Below, piece after piece: positions 19,057 through 27,064 of a DNA stretch of 64,000 nt. Both the position numbers and the translations under genes were made by a program. Location of the stretch: the IMG/VR virus record IMGVR_UViG_3300011980_000002, positions 64,001 through 128,000 of that record; one strand, given 5' to 3'. Within the stretch, counting starts at the first letter, position 1. Every line of letters begins with the position of its first letter. The stretch is from a virus. Below the pieces are notes generated by a model. That model was not told the DNA's origin, did not search any database, and saw nothing but the letters and a program-made list of their open reading frames with translations.

Positions 19057-20346
19057 ATGAAAAAAATAGATGCTGTAAGATATACTACAAAAGAATTTAA
19101 AAAATGGGTTAACTATACAGAAAAAAATTCAAAAGCTGGATTGGGAAATACTACATATGATAGTCCAGGTCCATATAATATGAATGCAGGGTCTAATAAC
19201 TATACAGTATTTGCTGATTACTATAGGCAAAAAACCGGAATATCTGTTCAAGGAATGCCATGGTGTTTTAGTGAAGGTAATATAAAACTTGAAGATTCCT
19301 ATAAGGATATTTCAGATATACACCCTGGTGAAAAGGTATTAAGTGGTATTGGTAATAGATATAATATCGTTATATCTAACACACCACATGATGAATATGT
19401 TATAAAAGTATCATCTAATAAGACTAATCCGTTGATAGGGACTCCAGACCATCCAGTATACTCCATTAAGAATAATAATGAACCTCAATTAAATCCACTT
19501 AGTGATTTATCGATAGGTGATATTTTACTGATATATTCATATGAATATAATGATGAATCATCAATAACTTATAATGGGATACAATACTCAAAATCTATTA
19601 TAACAGATATTGAGGTATTGAAAGATAAACAAACTGTTTACACGTTAGCAGTTGATGGTGATCATACATATACAGTTAATAATGTAGCAGTTCACAATTG
19701 TGATAGCTTTGTTGATACTGTATTCATACATTTGTATGGTGTAGAGAGAGCTAAAAAGTTATTAAATGGATTTTCTGCGTATACCCCTACATCTGCTGGA
19801 TACTTTAAAGCTGTTAGCAGGTGGTTTAGTAGACCTGAGCCTGGAGATATAATATTCTTTAAAAATAGTGAAAGAATAAATCATACTGGATATGTACATG
19901 ATGTATCTGGTAATACAGTTTATACCGTAGAAGGAAATACTTCATCAGGTAATAATGTAGTAGTTGCTAATGGTGGTTGTGTTGCTCTTAAATCATATGA
20001 TATACATAATCCAAGGATAGCTGGATATGGTAGACCTGATTATGAAGGTGTATTAAGAGACTTTAATCCTGAAGGATTTGTCGAAGGTTGGTTTAAAGCA
20101 GCAGATAATGTTCGTTGGTGGTATCAGTTTAGTAATGGAACATATGCTAAAAATAATGGTACGAATAACGGATGGTATAAGATTAAAAATAAATGGTATT
20201 TATTTGATACTAATGGTTATATGTTAACAGGGCATCAGACTATTGGTGGACAAGAATACTATTTATGTGAAGATCCAAATAAGGTTGAAGGTGCATTGAT
20301 GAAAACTGATGAAAATGGTGCACTAACTATTTGGGAAAGTGAATAA
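19057..20346 (+). CDS. Peptidoglycan hydrolase (CHAP/NlpC-P60-type amidase or peptidase) with C-terminal cell-wall-binding repeats, interrupted by a mini-intein
   Basis: The exteins read ..QGMPW|CDSFVDTVF..PGDIIFF..INHTGYVHDV..TVEGNTSSG..IAGYGRPDY, a typical CHAP layout. The C-terminus carries GW..WYY/WYLFD..GYMLTG repeats of the choline-binding/CW_binding_1 type. Confidence 0.8.
   Translation: MKKIDAVRYTTKEFKKWVNYTEKNSKAGLGNTTYDSPGPYNMNAGSNNYTVFADYYRQKTGISVQGMPWCFSEGNIKLEDSYKDISDIHPGEKVLSGIGNRYNIVISNTPHDEYVIKVSSNKTNPLIGTPDHPVYSIKNNNEPQLNPLSDLSIGDILLIYSYEYNDESSITYNGIQYSKSIITDIEVLKDKQTVYTLAVDGDHTYTVNNVAVHNCDSFVDTVFIHLYGVERAKKLLNGFSAYTPTSAGYFKAVSRWFSRPEPGDIIFFKNSERINHTGYVHDVSGNTVYTVEGNTSSGNNVVVANGGCVALKSYDIHNPRIAGYGRPDYEGVLRDFNPEGFVEGWFKAADNVRWWYQFSNGTYAKNNGTNNGWYKIKNKWYLFDTNGYMLTGHQTIGGQEYYLCEDPNKVEGALMKTDENGALTIWESE
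19264..19698 (+). mobile_element. Class-1 mini-intein (145 aa, Hint domain, no homing endonuclease)
   Basis: Starts with Cys (CFSEGNIKLED), has block B GTPDHPVY (TxxH) and blocks F/G VYTLAVDGDHTYTVNNVAVHN, and is followed by +1 Cys. The flanks join to the CHAP signature PWCDSFV. Confidence 0.85.
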
Positions 20347-20459
20347 TGTCCTAATTGGCATATATTAATATTAAAGATAAAAAATAGTATAGAAAAAAAA
20401 AATTGTTTTTTTTTTTGTATGAATTATATTTAAATTACGAAAGGAAACAATGATTAATT

Positions 20460-21305
20460 ATGTATAATGATTTGTATATAAAAGCTTTGAATGATGTGAT
20501 ATTCTGGGAATCTATAGATTTAGCATTATCTTCAATAGATATGAATGACGGAATAGCCGTTCTATTAGAGGATGGTGAAACTAATTCTAAACAAGCTAAT
20601 ATCGTCATGAGAGCGGTAGATGCTATAATGAAAAAGATTAAAGAAATTATAGATTGGATAAAAGGAATATTTTCCGATAAAAGTGAACAGAAATATATAG
20701 ATTTTCTAAAACAATTGGAGTCTTATGCTAAGGATACTCGTATAGAGTTTGGAAAAGATCCATCACAAGCATGCAAACGATATATAGATATACTTAAAAT
20801 TGTATCAAAAAATTATAATAGAAATTATGATAAAGATGATTTTAATAACGATGGTTATTGGTATTCGGACATAAATAACCTTTTGAAAAAGGAAGTTGGA
20901 AGTTCTGAATTAACAATATCAGACTGTCTAAAATTCTCAGAGAAGTTCAAAAATCTTAGTTATGAGTATAAAAATCTATCTGATAAGCTATATTCTACAA
21001 TTAAAACTAAGAGTAAGGCTGGGATAGACACTAAGAATGATCGAAAACTATTAACTTTAATCGGAAAGATTGAAAGTGACATTAGAAAACAAATAATGAT
21101 GCTAACACCTAGTATCATAAGTAGGAAAGGTTCGGTAAAAGAAAAACTTAAGTTGCTTTTAGCCGATCCTAGAACTAGTAAGCTTGCGTATATAGCAGCA
21201 TCCTTAGGGATAGGTGTTGTAGCAGGTAAAGCGTATATAAATAAAATGGATAAAACCCGTGAACAGAGAATACGATATGAAGAACTTGAAAAGCTTGTAT
21301 TTTAG
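20460..21305 (+). CDS. Family-F paralogue 9
   Basis: IFWESIDLALSSIDMNDGIAVLLEDGETNSKQANIVMRAVDAIMKKIKEIIDWIKG. Hydrophobic LAYIAASLGIGVVAG. Confidence 0.7.
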   Translation: MYNDLYIKALNDVIFWESIDLALSSIDMNDGIAVLLEDGETNSKQANIVMRAVDAIMKKIKEIIDWIKGIFSDKSEQKYIDFLKQLESYAKDTRIEFGKDPSQACKRYIDILKIVSKNYNRNYDKDDFNNDGYWYSDINNLLKKEVGSSELTISDCLKFSEKFKNLSYEYKNLSDKLYSTIKTKSKAGIDTKNDRKLLTLIGKIESDIRKQIMMLTPSIISRKGSVKEKLKLLLADPRTSKLAYIAASLGIGVVAGKAYINKMDKTREQRIRYEELEKLVF

Positions 21306-21449
21306 GGTTTTATAGCTCAGTACTAAAATGATTGGAATCACTGTATTCTGATAGGGATACAATTATGAGATATTAATATTGTGATATATATATATATATC
21401 GTAATAGAGATAGGAAATGTGTAATATTAACAAGAAAGGAAAACATAAA

Positions 21450-22481
21450 ATGAATGATTTTTATTTAGAAATTCTTAACGATGATATATTTTGGGAATCT
21501 ATGGATTCAACATTATCTTCAATAGATATGAATGATGAAATAATAACTATGTTAGAAGATGGAGAATCTAATTCTAAACAGGCTAATATTATCATGAGAG
21601 TAGTTGATGCTATAATGAGGAAAATTAGAGAAATCATAGATTGGATAAAAGGGATATCATCTAATAAAAATGAACAGACTTATGCAGATTTTTTAAAACA
21701 ATTAGAATCTCGTGCTAGAGATATTCGTATAGAATTTGATAAGGATCCATCATATGCGTATACACAATATGTCGACATATTCAAAATCATATCAAAAAAT
21801 TATGATAAAAGTGGATCTAATGATAATAAAGACTGGTTTTCAGATATAGATGATATTTTAAGTAGAGAACCGAAAAACTCAGAATTAACAATATCAGATT
21901 GTCTAAAATTATCAACAAAGTTCAAAGACCTTAGTAATAATTATAAAAATTTATCTGATAAAGCATATAATATAATTAGAACTAAAAGTAAGAATGGTGT
22001 TGATACCAAAGATGAGCGAAGAGTACTAACTATAATCGGAAAGATTGAGACGGATATCAAGAAACGAATGATGATGTTAACACCTAGTGTCCTGAGTAAG
22101 AAAGGTTCTATAAAAGAGAAACTTAAATTAGTTTTGGGTGACCCAAGAACACCAGGTAAACTTGCACAACTTGCATTATCCTTAGGAATAATTGCAGCAA
22201 GTGCAATATATAAAAAAACAAGCGATGCTATCACGAAGAAGAAAAGATTTGATGATGCGATTTCTGATGTAATGGACAATAGAATAGAGAACGATATGCT
22301 CTTAAATAAAGTTAAAGGTGGATATAATGTTAGAGATGCTGATGTTAAGAAAAAACATGGTCGTTTAGATGAGGTGTATATAAAATATCAAAATTCCGAT
22401 GGGGATAATAAATATAATAAATATAGTAGAAAAGATTATAAAGAAAAATATAAAGGCAATGATCTTTGGCAAATATATTAA
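21450..22481 (+). CDS. Family-F paralogue 10
   Basis: ATG 21450 with agaaaggaaaac is preferred over 21417. IFWESMDSTLSSIDMNDEIITMLEDGESNSKQANIIMRVVDAIMRKIREIIDWIKG. Confidence 0.7.
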   Translation: MNDFYLEILNDDIFWESMDSTLSSIDMNDEIITMLEDGESNSKQANIIMRVVDAIMRKIREIIDWIKGISSNKNEQTYADFLKQLESRARDIRIEFDKDPSYAYTQYVDIFKIISKNYDKSGSNDNKDWFSDIDDILSREPKNSELTISDCLKLSTKFKDLSNNYKNLSDKAYNIIRTKSKNGVDTKDERRVLTIIGKIETDIKKRMMMLTPSVLSKKGSIKEKLKLVLGDPRTPGKLAQLALSLGIIAASAIYKKTSDAITKKKRFDDAISDVMDNRIENDMLLNKVKGGYNVRDADVKKKHGRLDEVYIKYQNSDGDNKYNKYSRKDYKEKYKGNDLWQIY

Positions 22482-22525
22482 TCGTTATTTATCAGAAGAC
22501 TAATACTATGTATCAAATCATGAAT

Positions 22526-22561
22526 AATAGAGTATATAGGAATATTCCTATATACTCTATT
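22526..22561. terminator. Bidirectional terminator between convergent genes
   Basis: Perfect 15-bp stem aatagagtatatagg/cctatatactctatt around the palindromic loop aatatt. Confidence 0.7.
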
Positions 22562-22570
22562 TAATATTAT

Positions 22571-22894
22571 CTATTTATCATTTTCTTGTTTAAAATATTT
22601 ACGAAGCTCGTTTTTATCTTCACACCTTTTAACAAACTCTTCTGGTGACAGTTCAATTGACATTTTTTGTAATGCTGATACATAATTTAACATCATATTA
22701 CCAATATTGCTATTATTTTTATATTCTTCACTGAGCTCTTTCTCAACCTTATCTCTAATTGGTTTTGAGAACAGTTCCATAGCGTAACTTAGGTCTTGAT
22801 AATCATTTAATAGTTTCTCACCATCAGCAAGTGCTTTACTTGCTTTTGCATATGAAACATCAATAGGATTTGAGTTCTTGTAATCTTTCAACAT
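22571..22894 (-). CDS. C-terminal fragment ORF of family-F paralogue 11
   Basis: ATG at 22894 has no SD. The frame is continuous with 23108..23320 through a single TGA. Confidence 0.35.
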   Translation of the reverse strand: MLKDYKNSNPIDVSYAKASKALADGEKLLNDYQDLSYAMELFSKPIRDKVEKELSEEYKNNSNIGNMMLNYVSALQKMSIELSPEEFVKRCEDKNELRKYFKQENDK

Positions 22895-23107
22895 CTTATT
22901 ACAGTCGTCTAATTGCTTGCTAATATCCTTATTCCTAGCATTCCTAGCTTCTTTAAGTTTAGCATATGCTATTTTCGAATTTTTTATTAGAAGTTCTGGA
23001 TCATTTCCGTATTTAGCAATATAAGCTTTTTTATATTCTCTTTCATATTGTCGTATGAGCCTATCAATTTTACGAGTATGTGCATCTTTAAAAATATTTT
23101 TTTTAAC

Positions 23108-23320
23108 TCATTTACATATAGCTCTTATCTTTTCAACTATAGTGTTTATAACTTTCATAAAAATATTTTCTTTATTAGAACTATCATTTGAAGATTCTAA
23201 CAACAATTCTACAGATGATTCCATAGATAGTCTATCAATGATTAATTGAATATTTTCAATAAATATTTCGTTACTTAATATGATACAATCCTTGTTTTTT
23301 TTTTTGCATAATTGTATCAA
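23108..23320 (-). CDS. N-terminal fragment ORF of family-F paralogue 11
   Basis: ORF-track entry beginning at TTG. Carries the family leader. See the pseudogene entry. Confidence 0.35.
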   Translation of the reverse strand: MIQLCKKKNKDCIILSNEIFIENIQLIIDRLSMESSVELLLESSNDSSNKENIFMKVINTIVEKIRAICK

Positions 23321-23321
23321 C

Positions 23322-24170
23322 CTACTTTCTATAATATTCTAAAGCTAATCTATCAACATCTCTTTTATTATAAGATTTAAATCTCATAGCTTTATTCATA
23401 TTAAGTAATGTTAGTTCACATACAGCTTCATTATATGCTTCATTAACATCATTAGTTGAGTTTTCATTAGTCTTATTCATTAATACAGATTCAAATAATC
23501 CTGGTTGATATATGGTCTTATTTCTTTCATCTCTATTAAGAATAGCTAATCTTAGTTTTATTGCTGATTCAGATTTTACTTCATCATCATTTGCTAAACT
23601 ATCTTCTATTTCTTTAGCTTCTTCTCGTCTTTTTCTTATCTTTTCCTTCTCATAATCAACAACATCTTTTACATTGTTTTTTACGATTTCACTTACTTCA
23701 TCCAATGATGCATCTTTAGAGATTTCATCCAATACAGATTTTCTTTCGTCATCTAATCTGAATTCTGCTATCTCTTCTGGATTCTCTTTAGTATCTTTAT
23801 CTATAGATTCTTTTACTAATTTAGTAACTTTCTCCAATACAGTTTCTAAAGATTTATTACCATTCTTAATAGCCTCTTTAATATAACATAACAATCCTTC
23901 ATCGGCAGTTTGTTTATTAACGAAGTATTTGAACTTCTCATCTATATCTTTATTATTCGTATTAATATACTCATTATCTAAAGGAATACTTTGTTTATAG
24001 AATTTCCCAAATATATGACAAAGACAATCATTTATTCCTTTATCAGTATTTACTATTAATACATTATTTCTGTATAATGGAGAGTTTTTAAATTTAATAC
24101 TATCTTCAGATTTTCTTTTTTCATCATTTACTCTACTGATGAAATCTAAAACTCTATTATCATTTTCCAT
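23322..24170 (-). CDS. Hypothetical charged helical protein (282 aa), weakly scaffold-like
   Basis: K/E/D-rich central region. PGLFESVLMNK loosely recalls the ELFESMLGG segment of T4 gp22 (from memory, weak). Confidence 0.5.
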   Translation of the reverse strand: MENDNRVLDFISRVNDEKRKSEDSIKFKNSPLYRNNVLIVNTDKGINDCLCHIFGKFYKQSIPLDNEYINTNNKDIDEKFKYFVNKQTADEGLLCYIKEAIKNGNKSLETVLEKVTKLVKESIDKDTKENPEEIAEFRLDDERKSVLDEISKDASLDEVSEIVKNNVKDVVDYEKEKIRKRREEAKEIEDSLANDDEVKSESAIKLRLAILNRDERNKTIYQPGLFESVLMNKTNENSTNDVNEAYNEAVCELTLLNMNKAMRFKSYNKRDVDRLALEYYRK

Positions 24171-24225
24171 AATAATATTAATAATCCTTTCTTTATAATT
24201 TTATTAAGCATTATTCCTATGTTTT

Positions 24226-27021
24226 TTATTCATCATAGAAGGTAAGATGAATATTATCATAGTTAACGACTAATACCTCTGGTACATATCTAAGATGTTC
24301 TTCTTTAGTTAAACTATCCAAATCTGTGGTATTATTCTTAACAGTCTGATACTTAGGATCATAGTTATTAATACCAATAAACTTAATATGATGAACATAA
24401 GCAAATCTATTTTCTATAGCTTTTAACATGTTAGAGTTAAAGAAGTTATTAGTTCCTTCTTCATTAATAGACTCTAAATATTTCTTTATGAAATGCCTTA
24501 ATTCTTCATCAGCTTTCAACTTATCTGTATTAGCATATACCCAGACATAATATCTGATAGATATATTAATCGTATCGATAATCTGTTCACCATCTACATT
24601 ATCACCAATAATAAAGTTCTTAGATTTACCATAAGTATTATAGAATTTCAAATCTATATGAGTAGAGGTTTTAAGAAATTCTACAGATTTCTCTAAGTTA
24701 ATATATTGGTCTATAAATGTCTTATTAAAATAATCCATCTTCTCTTCATTTTTAATTACATCTACTCCTAATAATGGTACTGAATTTAATGTAACATCAT
24801 TAATAGTATTACCAGCTAATCTCCAGTCTTTAAATACTAAGTGTGATTTAATTAAGTTTAATGGTTTAATAAAGATTAATGGGTCATTTGTAGTACTGTA
24901 TTTATTAGTCCAATCATAACCAGCTAATGTGCTATCAAATCTACTGAATCTATTATTAGCTCCAGTCTTTTTCCATAATACATAAATATCACATACTGTT
25001 TTCATTGGAATTAACATATCTTCACTATCTACCATTTTAACAAACCCGTTAGTTAATCTGAATTTATCATTATTAGTTACATGGTTATCTGTCCATATTT
25101 GTCCTTTAAAATGAAAATCATTAACTAACCCAGCATTAGTAGGGATAAGCTCTGTAAAGCATAATTCTCTATCTTTTTTATCTTTAATCACAACGATTAC
25201 TCTGAGATTATTATCTTTAACCTTATCAGCCCTACCAAAATGCTCAACAGGCTTCATATCTTCAGGTATAGTATGAGCTGGAATTACTGCTGTATTAAAA
25301 GTATACTTATTAGTATTATCTAACTTTCTATTTAGTTTGATATTAGTTAAAATAAATTGCTCAAACATAGTTAGATTCTGGTCTATAAAATCTACTATAG
25401 AGTTTTGACTAATAGTGGTTAAATATAAACCTACTAAGTTAGGAGATTTATTTATAGATATTAGAAATGGATTTACATATAAAAATGGATATTGTGATTT
25501 AGCTGTATCTAAATTAGTATTAAATATATCCATCTTTAAATCTATATTTTTATTCTTTAAGAATTTCCATATAGAGAATTTATGCTCATCTAAACTTCTA
25601 TCTGTTAAATATTGTCTATATTCATTATTCAAATCTGTCCAATTAGTTTTATTAGTAACTACTTCACAATTAATGCCATCACTCTTATAAGTAAATAAAG
25701 TTCCAGGATTAATAACAAAACGAGTTTCCTCTGTCCTAGCAAATTGGTCTAAGTTCATATCTATATAAACCGTATTTGTAGGATAAATGAAATCATCTTT
25801 TCTCATTATTAAATATCCATTATAAAGTCTATCTACAACATCATCTCTCGATTTAATGAATTTACATTCGTTACCAAATCTATACTTATAATTATTGAAA
25901 TATTCTTCCAAATCATTATCAGTACTATAAACTGTAGCGGTTCTAAATCCTTCAACTGCTAAAGCTTGTAATTCTTCATCTGTCATAGCATCTTTACCAC
26001 CGGAAGAACTTCCCATTACTTTAGCGGTAATAAAGAAGTTATCGTTATAAGGATATCTTTCAGATGTTGTTACCATAGTAACATCTTTTCCGGTATATAC
26101 ATCAAAATCTCCTTCTTTACCTTTAGTGAGATAAAGTATAATCTTACACTCTGAATTAAAGTCTGGTTGAAAGTAATTATTCCTATTACCAAAAGTTATC
26201 GTTAATGATTTCAAATCATCAACTGAATAAAAACAGAATGGTTCTTTTAATGGAGATGAGAATTTTAATAATGGTTTTAATTTAGTATTAAAATCTTTAT
26301 CTGTAGAAGATTTATAGAATATATCAAATCCGGCTATCTGACTTGTTAGTTTTATTTTAATACTAGGAAGATTAATCTTAGTATTATTAATAATTTGCTC
26401 ATATTCAGTTCTTCTATTATATTGCTGACATCTTACATATAAACCTAAATATCCATTAGCTCCTTTATTTATTCGTATATAAGGAGTTTCTACTATAGAT
26501 ATAGAATTAGGTTTATCTATTACATATTGAGCTGAATATACATATGTATTTAATGTATTATTCCTATAAGCTCTTATCATTATATCATAATCAAAACTAT
26601 ATACCCTATCTTCTACTACTATTTTAGTATCTTTGTCTATATAGAATACATTTTGTCCATTATCTTGTTCGAAATTCTTTTGTACATAATCTTCATTTAA
26701 TACTAAAAGAAAATCGCATGAAGATGGTCTTGCTATTCCACCATCTATATGGAATAATGAAGCATAACTCATAATACTTGATGGGAGCTTAGCTCTATTA
26801 GGATACATCTCATCATGTAATATACTAATAGAGTTATAGGTATCTTCTAATCCATCTGATATTAACTCTGTAACATAACCCATTAGTCCTATATTCAAAT
26901 CAGATACTTTCTCAGTATCAAAATATTTAGGTACTAAAGTTTTTTTAGCATAATCTTTAATAGAGAAATTATCCATATAATCTCTATGGATAATTTCTGG
27001 ATTTTTCTTATTTATTGCCAT
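24226..27021 (-). CDS. Large virion structural protein (931 aa), possibly baseplate
   Basis: Long uninterrupted ORF in a minus-strand structural operon next to the tube-fold protein. No diagnostic motif recognised. Confidence 0.5.
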   Translation of the reverse strand: MAINKKNPEIIHRDYMDNFSIKDYAKKTLVPKYFDTEKVSDLNIGLMGYVTELISDGLEDTYNSISILHDEMYPNRAKLPSSIMSYASLFHIDGGIARPSSCDFLLVLNEDYVQKNFEQDNGQNVFYIDKDTKIVVEDRVYSFDYDIMIRAYRNNTLNTYVYSAQYVIDKPNSISIVETPYIRINKGANGYLGLYVRCQQYNRRTEYEQIINNTKINLPSIKIKLTSQIAGFDIFYKSSTDKDFNTKLKPLLKFSSPLKEPFCFYSVDDLKSLTITFGNRNNYFQPDFNSECKIILYLTKGKEGDFDVYTGKDVTMVTTSERYPYNDNFFITAKVMGSSSGGKDAMTDEELQALAVEGFRTATVYSTDNDLEEYFNNYKYRFGNECKFIKSRDDVVDRLYNGYLIMRKDDFIYPTNTVYIDMNLDQFARTEETRFVINPGTLFTYKSDGINCEVVTNKTNWTDLNNEYRQYLTDRSLDEHKFSIWKFLKNKNIDLKMDIFNTNLDTAKSQYPFLYVNPFLISINKSPNLVGLYLTTISQNSIVDFIDQNLTMFEQFILTNIKLNRKLDNTNKYTFNTAVIPAHTIPEDMKPVEHFGRADKVKDNNLRVIVVIKDKKDRELCFTELIPTNAGLVNDFHFKGQIWTDNHVTNNDKFRLTNGFVKMVDSEDMLIPMKTVCDIYVLWKKTGANNRFSRFDSTLAGYDWTNKYSTTNDPLIFIKPLNLIKSHLVFKDWRLAGNTINDVTLNSVPLLGVDVIKNEEKMDYFNKTFIDQYINLEKSVEFLKTSTHIDLKFYNTYGKSKNFIIGDNVDGEQIIDTINISIRYYVWVYANTDKLKADEELRHFIKKYLESINEEGTNNFFNSNMLKAIENRFAYVHHIKFIGINNYDPKYQTVKNNTTDLDSLTKEEHLRYVPEVLVVNYDNIHLTFYDE

Positions 27022-27064
27022 GATAATTCCCTTCCTATTATAATAAGTTAAGGTTTAGTACTAT

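Larger units (their letters stand above)
22571..23320 (-). pseudogene. Family-F paralogue 11, disrupted: start frameshifted at an A11 tract and body interrupted by one in-frame TGA
   Basis: ORFs 23108..23320 and 22571..22894 are in the same frame, separated by TGA (23108-23110) plus 71 further open codons. The N-terminus reads NEIFIENIQLIIDRLSMESSVELLLESSND..IFMKVINTIVEKIRAI. The SD-proximal ATG (23309-23307) is 1 nt out of frame across the tract at 23295-23305. Confidence 0.6.

Noticed and set aside
21306-21360. tRNA-like string gggttttatagctcagtact.. between two family-F genes.
   Set aside because: Only the D-arm-like tagctcagt is present. There is no T-loop (GTTCRANY), no complementary acceptor 3' strand and no anticodon stem, so it cannot fold as a cloverleaf.
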